A stretch of DNA of 64,000 bases from Tubiluchus corallicola (lineage: Eukaryota > Animalia > Priapulida), in assembly GCA_030141605.1 (NCBI GenBank), contig JAQGDQ010000675.1:1-64000 (forward strand), given 5' to 3'. A program made the position numbers and the translations under genes. The notes beneath the pieces are model-generated. The model made no database searches. It was not told where the DNA came from and worked only from the letters and a program-made list of their open reading frames with translations. Positions 1-12,075 of this stretch are shown one piece after another. How positions within the stretch are numbered: the first letter of the stretch is position 1; the number at the start of each line of letters is the position of its first letter.

Positions 1-242
1 GGAAAAAAACTCGAGATATGCCTTACTAATGTAATTCTCAACCGTCTGTCAATGGAATATACAAATCATACCTTTGCTCTTATGAACGCTTTAATATAGG
101 CTTTTCTTGTTAGACAACCAGTTTTTTCAAAGTAACGATCTGTATTCAGTTAGTAGTACTTTATCTGTATCTGTATCTGTCTTAGTACTTATTGTAAATG
201 CGTAATCAATTACACGGGTAAAAGTAATTAAATTCGGAGTAT

Positions 243-1301
<1,059 letters not shown>

Positions 1302-1568
1302 TTACAGTTAATAATGCAGCATCCACATTGAGCGTGTTATTATTACAGTGAACTCTGCATAACTTATGATCAAACAACTCAAATTTTCACGTAACTCAAA
1401 GAATTTCAACAGAAAGGATGAAATCCTTTGTTTGTTTCGCAAAAAACATCAATTAACTCAAATAAAAAATTATGGTCCATTTAATCAAAAACAGGTAAAC
1501 TTACTTCTCCTAACTAAAAAATGCAATTTGTACTCTAGAAAAATGAAAAAGTTTTGTACAACTCAAAA

Positions 1569-2821
1569 CTACCTCGCTGAGAAAATGATTTGTCACATTT
1601 GTGGGGTTTGATTCCAGTATGAGTGTTCATGTGACTGAGAAGATGACCTCGCTAAGAAAATGATTTGTCACATAATTCACATTTGTGGGGTTTCAATCCA
1701 GTATGAGTGTTCATGTGCTTGAGAAGACTACCTCGCTCAGAAAATGATTTGTCACATAAGTCACATTTGTGAGGCTTCAAACCAGTATGAGTGTTCATGT
1801 GACTGAGAAGATTACCTCGCCAAGAAAATGATTTGTCACATAAGTCACATTTGTAGGGTTTCAATCCAGTATGAGTGTTCATGTGCTTGAGAAGACTACC
1901 TCGCTCAGAAAATGATTTGTCACACAAGTCACATTTGTGGGGTTTCAAACCAATATGAGTGCTCATGTGCCTGAGAAGATGACCTCGCAGAGAAAATGAT
2001 TTGTCACACAAGTCACATTTGTGGGGTTTCAAACCAATATGAGTGTTTATGTGACTGAGAAGATTACCTCGCTCAGAAAATGATTTGTCACATAAGTCAC
2101 ATTTGTGGGGTTTCAATCCAGTATGAGTGTTCATGTGCTTGAGAAGACTACCTCGCTCAGAAAACGATTTGTCACATAAGTCACATTTGTGGGGTTTCAA
2201 ACCAGTATGAGTGTTCATGTGCCTGAGAAGATGACCTCGCAGAGAAAATGATTTGTCACACAAGTCACATTTGTGGGGTTTCAAACCAGTATGAGTGTTC
2301 ATGTGACTGAGAAGATTACCTCGCCGAGAAAATGATTTGTCACATAAGCCACATTTGTGGGGTTTCATTCCAGTATGAGTGTACATGTGCTTGAGAAGAT
2401 TACCTCGGTGAGAAAATGATTTGTCACACAAGTCACATTTGTGGGGTTTCATTCCAGTGTGAGTGTTCATGTGCCTGAGAAGATTACCTCGCTCAGAAAA
2501 TGATTTGTCACATAAGTCACATTTGTGGGGTTTCATTCCAGTATGAGTGTTCATGTGAGTAAGAAGATTACCTCGCTGAGAAAATGATTTGTCACATAAA
2601 TCACATTTGTGGGGTTTCATTCCAGTATGAGTGTGCATGTGCTTGAGAAGATTACCTCGACGAGAAAACGATTTGTCACATAAGTCACATTTGTGGGGTT
2701 TCATTCCAGTATGAGTGTTCATGTGCGTAAGAAGATTACCTCGCTGAGAAAATGATTTGTCACATAAGTCACATTTGTGGGGTTTCATTCTTGTGTAATG
2801 TTCAGGTTTCTTACGAAGCAT
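1569..2821 (-). pseudogene. C2H2 zinc-finger array, paralog B (13 intact fingers, then premature stop)
   Basis: ORF 1652-2821 starts MLRKKPEHYTR as in paralog C. A TAG falls inside a finger at 1652-1654, followed by an internally deleted finger to ~1569. It could still encode a truncated 13-finger protein. Confidence 0.75.
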
Positions 2822-3589
2822 GCTTCAATAGCAAAAATATTTATTGTACCGACCACAGCTGCAAGCTTTAAGTACGTTTATCCACAACTGCCGACACTCG
2901 GTTTCCTAAGATTGTAGATCACAGTTGCGAGACTTCAATTCACGTGCAGGAGGTGACAACTATATTGAAAAGAAACCAAAAATAAAATTTACAGTTAATA
3001 GTGCAGCATCCATATTGAGCGCGTTATTATTACAGTAAACTTTGCATAAAACATGATCAAACAACTCAAATTTTCACGCAACTCAAAGAATTTCAGCAGA
3101 AAGGATGAAATCTTTCGTTTTTCCGGAAAAAACATCAACTAAAATTTTTGCCTAACTCAAATAAAAAATTATGGTCCATTTAATCAAAAAACAGGTAACT
3201 TACTTCTCCTAACTAAAAAAATGCAATTTGTACTCTAGAAAAATGAAAAAGTTTTGTACAACTCAAAAACAGAATCATCTTTCGGGAAAATTCTGATGTC
3301 TTACAAGTCGTGCCTCCCCCCAAATATTTTCTCTGGGATAAATCTTTCCGTGTTGTTCACGTGTCCTTTTCCTCACGATAATGAAAAGAGGTACCTGAGA
3401 ATACAAGAACGCGAAGGACAGCAGACAACCTACAAGCTAATAAAAATGAACAAAAGACACAAAGTGAAAGTCTGGTTGAGCAGATTAGTTTTTTAAGGAG
3501 GGAAAAAACTGTGGAATTAGGAAAAAGTAAAAGTGAAAAGATCTCAGAAAAAGAAATTTAAAAATTTTAATGTAGTGCATACAAATTGC

Positions 3590-3700
3590 CAAGAATGAGT
3601 TTAAGGATCAGTTATTATGCCCAGTGTGTGGGAAAGATGATGATACTACTGAACATATGCTTAAATGTAACAGATACGAAGAATGGAAAAAATTTTGAAC
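3590..3700 (+). mobile_element. non-LTR retrotransposon ORF2 C-terminal CCHC fragment
   Basis: Translates to DQLLCPVCGKDDDTTEHMLKCNRY (C-x2-C-x8-H-x3-C knuckle typical of LINE ORF2 ends). Not seen in the paralogous segment near 14200-14800. Confidence 0.5.
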
Positions 3701-3886
3701 TCAAATATTTAATGCAAAATGCAAATCCAAAAATGCAGAGAAATGTACAAGATTTTACCTAACCCCTTGAGAACCAAAAAAGAACACAACAGGTAAACAA
3801 TTTCAAACACAGAAACAGATCAAGTGCTCTCACCATAGCGCTCATACATTTTGCACCATTTACAAAAAGGGGAACTACAATATGGG

Positions 3887-4005
3887 TGTTATGTATTAAT
3901 GCGTCAGAACGCATTGTAAATAAAGTAGTTCGGTAACACGCATAATGGTGTACTATGTTTCGTTATTTCTACTAGATAGAAATCCAGGTACATCAACATA
4001 AAACA
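3887..4005 (+). repeat. left LTR (119 bp, TGT...ACA), pointing inward
   Basis: Reverse complement of 7755-7873 with 2 mismatches by eye. Contains AATAAA. Directly followed by a PBS. Confidence 0.9.
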
Positions 4006-4023
4006 TGGTGTCAGAAGTGGGAT
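4006..4023 (+). promoter_or_regulatory. primer-binding site, 18-nt complement of tRNA-Leu(CAA) 3' end
   Basis: TGGTGTCAGAAGTGGGAT is the reverse complement of ATCCCACTTCTGACACCA, the conserved metazoan tRNA-Leu(CAA) 3' end including CCA. Confidence 0.9.
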
Positions 4024-7000
4024 ATTCTCTTGGTGTATTTCTGCGATTAAGTAGCGCCAAGTACGGATCTTTTCTAGCTTCGTAGCATTTAATAAGTATG
4101 TTCTTCGCTATACCAACTGATTTCTCTACTAATCCATTAGCTTGTGAGTGTCTTGGTGATATGCGGCTATGATCAAAAGCAAATTGATGTGCAAATTCAG
4201 CAAACTCATTGCTATTGAACTCTTTTTGGTATGCCGTGAGTACAAAACCATTTTTTGAGCTGTCTTATGACCGTAGATGCTTTGAATCTCGTTCTAATTT
4301 CTCAATCTCAAAAAATTCACTGTAGTAGTCAGTACAAATTAACCACTTGTAACCTAAGCAGTCAAACAGATCAGATGCTACATGTATCCAAGGACCTTCT
4401 GGAATTTCTGAAGGCATTAGTGGCTCTTTTTGTTGCTTCATTCTGTGTGCTTAACATGTTGCACATTTTGATACAATATCTTCTATCTGTTTGTTGATAC
4501 CTGGCCAATAAACAATATCTCATTCTAGTTGTTTACATTTAACCATACCTAGGTGGCTTTCATGAAATTATATCTAGCGTTCGTTTCTGCATTGATTTTG
4601 GCACAACCACTCTTCCACCTTTGAAGATGATTCCATCTATGTAGCTAAGCTCTTCTTGGAAGTCAAAATATGGCCTTACAAAAGGACTAACTTGTAATCT
4701 GTGTTCAGGCCATCCTTCGGGTGAAGTAATTACTCGCTTTAATTCTTGCAGTGCTTCATCTGTGACTGTTTCTCTTTTCATTTCTTCCAATCTCTTTGGA
4801 TTGATGTTCGATGTGCTAACAACTTCTTCTGCAGAGATACTAAAGATGTGACTGAAATCATCTGTTAAGTTTGGACCACTATCTGCAAGATATGCACGAC
4901 TTAGCGCATCTGTAACTGATATTTCTGTGCCTCTTTTAGCCACTAGTTTGAAGTCATATTGCTGCAATTTTAGTCGCATTCTTTGGAGTCTGAGTGGTAC
5001 TTGATATAGTGGTTTCTCTAAAATTCTGATCAAAGGCAGATGGTCAGTCTCTACTACTATGTCGCTTCTTTCGTATACAAAAGTATGGAACTTCTTCATT
5101 GCAAATACAATTGCCAGAAGTTCTTTCTTTATTTGTGCATATGCGCACTCTGCATCTGTAAGTGCTTTTGAGCCATAAGCAACTGGTTGCTGATTTTGCT
5201 GTAAGACACATCCTAGACCAGACATGCTGGCATCACAAGAGATAGTAATTGGCTCTGTTTGGCTGTAAAATTTCAAGGTTGGTGCTGTAGTCATCACTTT
5301 TTTAATTTGACGGACTGCTTCTATATGAACTTCATCGAAGTGCCATGAGAACTGTTTTTCGCTACTCTCTTTAATTAGCTGTCTGAGAGGCTCTGTTACA
5401 GTTGACAAATTGGGTAAGAATTTACATGTGTATGTAACCATTCCTAATAGCGTTTGGACTTCCTTTATGCACTTTGGCATTGGCATGTCAGTAACTGCTT
5501 TGACTTTGTCTGGATCGATCTGAACGCCTTTGCTACTGATAATATGGCCTGCATATTTAACACTTTCTTGACATAATGCTAGTTTTCTCGGTGAAAATGT
5601 GACATTATTCTCTCTGGCTCTTTGTAATATGCATCTTAGCAACTCAATGTTCTTTGACTGCTACTGAGTCTGCAAGTAAGTCATCAGTTATAATGTTCAA
5701 TTTCTCTATGTCTCCAAAGATTTCCATCATCTTCCGTTGATATAGTTCAGGGGCGGAAGATATGCCCATTGGAAGTCTCCTGTACATGTATCGGCCAAAC
5801 GGTGTGTTGAACGCTGTTAACAAGCTTGACTCTTCATCAAGTTCTAATTGGAAATAACCAGAGTTGGCATCTAGCACTGTGAAATGTTGGCTTCCACTGA
5901 CACGAGTGATTATATCATCAACAGTATTAATTGGGTAATACAAGTAAGGCTTTGTTTAAATCCTTAGGGTCAATTGTTAATCTCACATCAACATCTGGGC
6001 TTAACCCTTTCTTTTTCACAACATGTAATGAGCTGCACCAAGGTGTGGGAGTTCCTACTGGAATTTTTTCAATAATTCCCATTTCAACTAGTTCATCTAA
6101 TTTCCTTTTTGCAGGTTTACGTAAGGCTGCAGGAATGGGCCTTGGAGGGTGAGAGGGAAACTTTGCCAGGCATTTTTCCAATACCCTGAAACACATCTAT
6201 ATATTCATACAATAAAGCTGTAACTGCAGGAAATGGGCATTTTTCAATGCTTTCATGCACTTGTGCATTTGATGTAGGCCTATGTTCAACATGATTAACT
6301 CTTTGCAACAATTTTAGCTCAAGACAAGTTTCTAAACTAAGTATATTTGGTACACTGCCGTTTACTAGCTCACATTTCAACCAATAATTTGCTCCTTTGT
6401 ACACAACTGGTAATTCAACAACACGTAAAGGTTTAATGGGAGCACTACCAAAACCATACATAACTGTATTAGATTTAGCTATTTTAGGTTTAACGTATAT
6501 TGTATCATACTGCTTTTTCGAAATTACATTTACATCTGCAGCTGAATCTATCTTAAAGCTCATATTGCCGCCATCACGAAGTTTGAAATTCACAGTCCAG
6601 GCTTTCTTGCTGTCATCTGATCGACATGAAGCCTGATTTGTTTTGCTACACAAAATAAATGACTTATCTACACAGTTGTCATAATTATAAGTATTTCTTG
6701 AGTCATCATTTACACTTAGATTATTTACAGACCTACTCAGATCATGTTCACTATACATGCAAGCATCATTATGTGAAACATTCTGTGATTCTACACAGTT
6801 TACTCTTTTTCTGCATACTCTTGCAAAATGATTGTATCGTTTGCAAAAATTACATTGCTGCTGCCATGCTGGACATTTTCTCGGTGGATGTGAGTAACCA
6901 CAGCTGTAGCATGTACTATCATGCATTCTGAAACGTTGATTAAAACTGCGGTCACATTTCTGCGTGTATTTTCCTCGCTGTGAAGTATTGCTACGCTGTT

Positions 7001-7741
7001 GCTGGAACAACGCTAAGTCACGACGCTGCTAATTTTTGCTACTCGGCAAAACTGACTGTTGTCGGTCATTTGTTGAAAAATCATGTCGATGAATGTTGTG
7101 GTACCCACTTCTGCTTCTTCCACGACCACGAACAGTATTTATATTCACGTGCTGGTCTCCACTATTAATTGCTGTGTACAAAACACGAGACTGTTGTTGT
7201 TGCTCAAATAACTGCGCCCTTTTAAAATTTCGTCCAAGTTCAAATCTTCGCTCCACAGTTTTTCTCTTAACTTTGAGTCTCTTACACCATTGCTAATTGC
7301 AACACACAATTGGTTATTTAATCCATCACCAAATTCGCAACTGACAGCTATGTCTTTCAATGCAGTAATAAAACTAATGAATTCAGCAATACTCTCATAC
7401 TGACCTTGTTTTCTCTGCTGAAATTGTGTAATGTACCCTTTACGTAATTTTCGTGGTTCGAAATAATTGTCAAATTTAGTGGTGACTGCTGTATATTCAG
7501 ACTTTTCTTCGTCTGTTAAGTTAAGTTGTTGAAAACTTTTTGATATTCCTTGCCAATTGTGTACAGTAACAACGCAACTTTCTGTTCGCCATTAGCATTC
7601 TGCTTACCAGCGGGTGTCATGAACACGTTGAATTCGGCTTTAAATTCTTTCCAGTCCTGGGCGAGGTTCACTTTATCCGTGGAAAATTTTAGTGGCTTTA
7701 GATTCTCCATATTCTATTTACTTTGTTTTCACTAAATTTAT

Positions 7742-7754
7742 ACTTCTGACACCA
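7742..7754 (-). promoter_or_regulatory. primer-binding site (13 nt, tRNA-Leu) upstream of gag
   Basis: TGGTGTCAGAAGT immediately after the right LTR on the minus strand, ~30 nt before the gag ATG. Confidence 0.9.
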
Positions 7755-7873
7755 TGTTTTATGTTGATGTACCTGGATTTCTATCTAGTAGAAATAACGA
7801 AACATGGTACACCATTATGCGTGTTACCGAACTACTTTATTTACAATGCGTTCTGCCGCATTAATACATAACA
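7755..7873 (-). repeat. right (5') LTR, 119 bp
   Basis: TGTTATG...AAAACA on the minus strand, in the canonical 5'-LTR position relative to PBS and gag. Confidence 0.9.
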
Positions 7874-8777
7874 ATGGGAAATCAGCAACATGAGAATGGG
7901 ACACAGAGATTAAACCCACCAGGAAAAACTTCGAGGGACATAGTGAAACAAATTTCAAACACAGAAACAGATAGAGTGCTCTCGCCACTTCGTTCATTAC
8001 ATAATTCCATTCTGAAGCACTAAATATTTTCTTTATCATACGATTCACTTCAAATTTTCAGATTATTTTCATTACTTTTTTTTCTTTCACCGTGTGGGAC
8101 AATCTAACCAGCCCTGCTTTTTGATTACCCAAAACACATTTACATTTGTATATAGGTGAACAGTGTGAGGTTTTTCTTTTGCAGAAACAATTAAAACTTA
8201 TTTGTATTGTGCTCATTGTAGGCCCTTTCACTATATATTGTACAAGAAACTATTGTAAATGTGTAATGGGAAATAAATAACTTCTGAGAGTACGATAAGG
8301 TACCACCAATGACAGTTGAGTATTAAGAATTAAGCCATGCTTCAAAAAAGATGTATAAGTACCTTGAGATCTTGACCATTACTTGTACTATAATTATAAC
8401 ACTCTAATTGAAATGCTAAATGCAAAGTTGAAGCCAATCCAATCACCTCTGCATGCAGTATGGTGAGAGCCAAGCTGGCTTTTGCAATGCTCCCCAATTT
8501 TAGTACAAGGACGATGACCGGCACACAGCACTTGAAGAACTTGCCAAGTCGTTCACACTTGTTAGTTCACTTTCAGAGGGGAATCTCTACGTCTGAACAT
8601 CATCGTCATCTTAGGGGCTTCCGTTATCCAAGTGTTGGGCTTGGAATAGGGCACTAGCCGAAAAAGGGCAATTGGTGCAAATAGGCTAGCCCAAGTAGGA
8701 TGCGTAGTAGATGTGTTAGCCCAAGTATATTGGCTAATTCAGTTTGCAATGAATAGTAAAATAATGGTATTTCTTAA

Positions 8778-9321
8778 AGGAAAACCGGATGATCCTGTAA
8801 ACATTACTTAAGAATAAAGAATGCTTTAAAATATTGAAAATTACAATAGTTTTTTTTAAATCAGAGCTAAGATTAAATAATAATTACCTCGGATACTCAA
8901 ATTTTGTTAAGCATTCAAAGCTACACACGGCTCAGGAAATCTACTAAGATTGGCAGTGGTGGTTTTTGTCACGTGCGCGTGGCCGACAAATAGAAGGCAG
9001 TACCGTGATAACCTTGATCATGAACTCCAGTGTTAGTTTCAAGACGTCATATAATGTAAAGCAAATTTTTGTGACATAAATTTAAATAATACTGTAACAC
9101 TTATGCAAATGTGCTTGACATGCAAGGGAAGTCGCCTGTCATTACACAAGCTGTGGTTAGTTTCTGACGTAAGCAATAGCTATGTTCGGTTGCCGTTAAT
9201 TAATTTTCTAAGTTAAGTATTCAAATATAAGGAACAATTGTTAACTTTTATAGGCAAGAAAATGTACATTTTGGACAGTAAATTAAAATGAGTTTGAGTC
9301 TAAACAATCGTCCATCTTCCT
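8778..9321. mobile_element. Kolobok-like MITE (TTAA target)
   Basis: TTAA on both sides. Imperfect TIR AGGAAAACCGGA / TCCATCTTCCT. A second full-length copy lies at 25250-25726. Confidence 0.7.
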
Positions 9322-9589
9322 TTAAAGAATATTTTTATTGATAAAAAAAAGATATTTATTCTAGTTTATTTAAAGAAATTCAAACTTTGTAAATGTCACT
9401 AAAATATAACACGAGTAAAAAATATCTAGGACGAGCAAGTTAGAGGGCAGCTCCATCTGAGAGGGCCTATAATTTCATTATTCTAGCGGCCCTAAAAGGT
9501 CATAATCCAGCCCTGATTACCAGGTGTATCTTTAGTGTCCGGATCAAGTTGGTACGGATGTCGTTTACAACAGTCATAAAGCAAAGCCA

Positions 9590-9865
9590 TGGATATACGT
9601 GCTAATAGTCGAGTACAAATACGTGTTAACAGTCGTGTACAGATACGTGTTGACAGTCGTGTACAGATATGTGTTGACAGTCGTGTACAGATATGTGTTG
9701 ACAGTCGTATAGAAATACGTGTTGACAGTCGTGTACAGATATGTGTTGACAGTCGTGTACAGATATGTGTTGACAGTCGTGTACAGATATGTGTTGACAG
9801 TCGTATAGAAATACGTGTTGACAGTCATGTACAGATATGCGTTGACAGTCGTGTACAGATTTGTT
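9590..9865. repeat. 24-bp minisatellite, ~11 copies
   Basis: Unit GTGTTGACAGTCGTGTACAGATAT. Confidence 0.9.
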
Positions 9866-11737
9866 AATTGATACTTGTGAATGAATATTAACTATGAAAA
9901 GTCAAAGGAAAATGTATATACCGTGTGATGTGTTTGAAAAACATTGATGGCTCACTGCTTAACAAAAGCATCTGTAGCTTTTACTCGATAAATGAATCTG
10001 GTTTGGCAGGTTCTTCAAGTTTTAGTTCATGGTTTTTAACACGTTCATTTTTGGATATTGTTGTGTTGTAGTTGTTAAAACATGAAGTGTGTAATACGCT
10101 TTTAGTCTATATAGCTTGAGATGAACCATCTCTGTTGCCAACGTTGGAACATGTTTTTCATATACTAATGCTACTGCTTTCTCAAGTCGTCAAATCCAAG
10201 CCGTTTTGCAATGTTCGCAAATGGCAACTGTAGATGGCAGCAGCTGCAGCATTAAAGTGAACAGTGGCTCTATACATGGTGTTTTATTATAATCTCTTCC
10301 ATTTGTAAACATGATTTAAATTCTCCGTTAAAACAAGTGAACCACAAACGTTACAAACGCATCTGGGTTCTTGTAAAATCCGAAGTTTAAATCTGGAAAT
10401 TCATATTTTTATGTTAATTAATTAGAACTTGGTCATAGTAAAAATAAATTATTATTGTGCATATAAAAAAAATCTGTACTTTTTTGTTTGAAAATCGAAA
10501 GTGAAACCCAAAGACTTAATTACTTATTTTGCTTACAATTTTGTGGTGAAGGACTTATCATTTTAATTTTATTCCTAGTGGCGGCTCGTGTATAGGTACT
10601 GTGGAACTGCAGCACCCCCTGGTTTCACTCAATACTATCAATAATATTTGATATAATAAGTCTTTTTTCTTTAATTCTTTTTGTACGGATTCAGACCATA
10701 TGAGGGTAGTATTGTTTGCTTCACAGTTCACCCCAGTGGTGTTTGGCTGGTGTGCGCATGCGGTCATGCACACATGTCTGAGCCCAAGTAGAGAAAGTAC
10801 TGTCCCTCATGCAGTTTGTTGTCGGTTATCATGTGCTTAAAAGTCGTGTACCAACATACTCTTGAACTACGACAATTTAGGCTATTCGTAAGCAAAATTT
10901 TTTTTGTTTAGGATTTTATCAAGTTTATGTATAAACTTCCACGTTTTTTTCTTTAACATACAAATTACAACATAAAATTTACATTTGTTTTTCTTACCCA
11001 GTATTAGAACAACGACTAAAAATGTTCTGAAGCAGCCCCCCCCCCCCCCACTAAGTTTAGCAAGCCGGCATTGTTCCCATGTTTGATTCCGACAATGCGT
11101 TACAGAAACAACAAAATGTATTATACACAGCACTGACATATAACACTTTTATGACGTCACATTTTATGTCAAAAATTATTTATTTATTGAACGAGTTAAA
11201 AAACATTTCGTGTTACACAAAATTTGCACACATTAGTATAAAAATACATCAAACTATAATAAAAGTCTTCAAGAAAAGGATGCAGTTAAAACTTTTATTT
11301 TCCTTCTCTTTTTAGTTGTCATTATTCTATCCAAATCTAATTTTTTTGATCTTATTATCTGTGATTATAGAGTATACATTATATTACACATTTCATGCGC
11401 GCACACACACACACACGCACACATTAAATGGTATAAAAATACACTACACTATATCAAATATATTAAACTAAATAATACATATTAAATTATATTTTACTTT
11501 TAAAATTGTTTTATATTGAAACTCACACATTACATCATATAATAGCACTACATCTAAAATTACATATTATGCTAAAAAGTTAGTACTTTTTAAAATCGTC
11601 TACTAATACAGTGTATAGGCAATTTTCGGTAGGACAGTATTTATAATAGAAACTTTAATTTAGTTTACGATATACAGATCAACAAAATAACAGACAATTT
11701 TGCATCAATTTTGCACCCAAATGTTGTCTATGGATAC

Positions 11738-12075
11738 ATACACTCAACCTTGGATATAAGGGACACCTCCGGAAAAAATCGTCCCTTATATCAGATGTCC
11801 CTTATAGCCGAAACCAAGCTGTTCGAGGGCGGAGGTTAAATTGAGGTTAAAAATCGATCAATTTTGCTTTGATCAGAAGGGTCCGTTATATGCGAGGTAA
11901 TTTATCTGGGTTTCTATTACGCGGGACCCAAAGATGGATACATACACTCAACCTTGCATATAAGGAACACTTCCAGAAAAAATTGTCCTTTATCAGATGT
12001 CCCTTATAGCCGATGTTGAGTCAGACCGAGTGTAGACCTGTACTTTTACCCATATTTTTATGGATTATTGCTACG
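11738..12075. mobile_element. rearranged fragments of a Tigger/pogo-like MITE
   Basis: Two partial copies homologous (reverse complement) to the MITE at 43948-44389. Confidence 0.75.

Larger units (their letters stand above)
3887..7873 (-). mobile_element. Ty3/Gypsy (Mag-clade-like) retrotransposon with inverted LTRs, degenerate gag-pol
   Basis: Gag from ATG 7710 (WKEFKAEFNVF...KVALLLYTIG), two Cys/His knuckles, protease FKIDSAADVNVI, RT (LDANSGYFQL, PMGISSAPE, ITDDLL), RNase H (CDASMSGLG, ETDHLPL), then frameshifted integrase HHCC and core (SDLF, DYYS, QANGLVEK, RNTP) ending at 4024. TSD ATGGG at 3882-3886 and 7874-7878. Confidence 0.95.

Noticed and set aside
3887-7873. DIRS-type element or DNA transposon as the explanation for the inverted termini
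   Set aside because: The interior encodes an aspartic protease and DDE integrase in Gypsy order with a tRNA PBS and 5-bp TSD. There is no tyrosine recombinase or transposase.
8342-8524. Short paralogous ORFs (8342-8524 and 15440-15649) as the ZnF N-terminal exon
   Set aside because: No ATG start and no recognisable domain. Their similarity is explained by the segmental duplication; they may be a non-coding exon.
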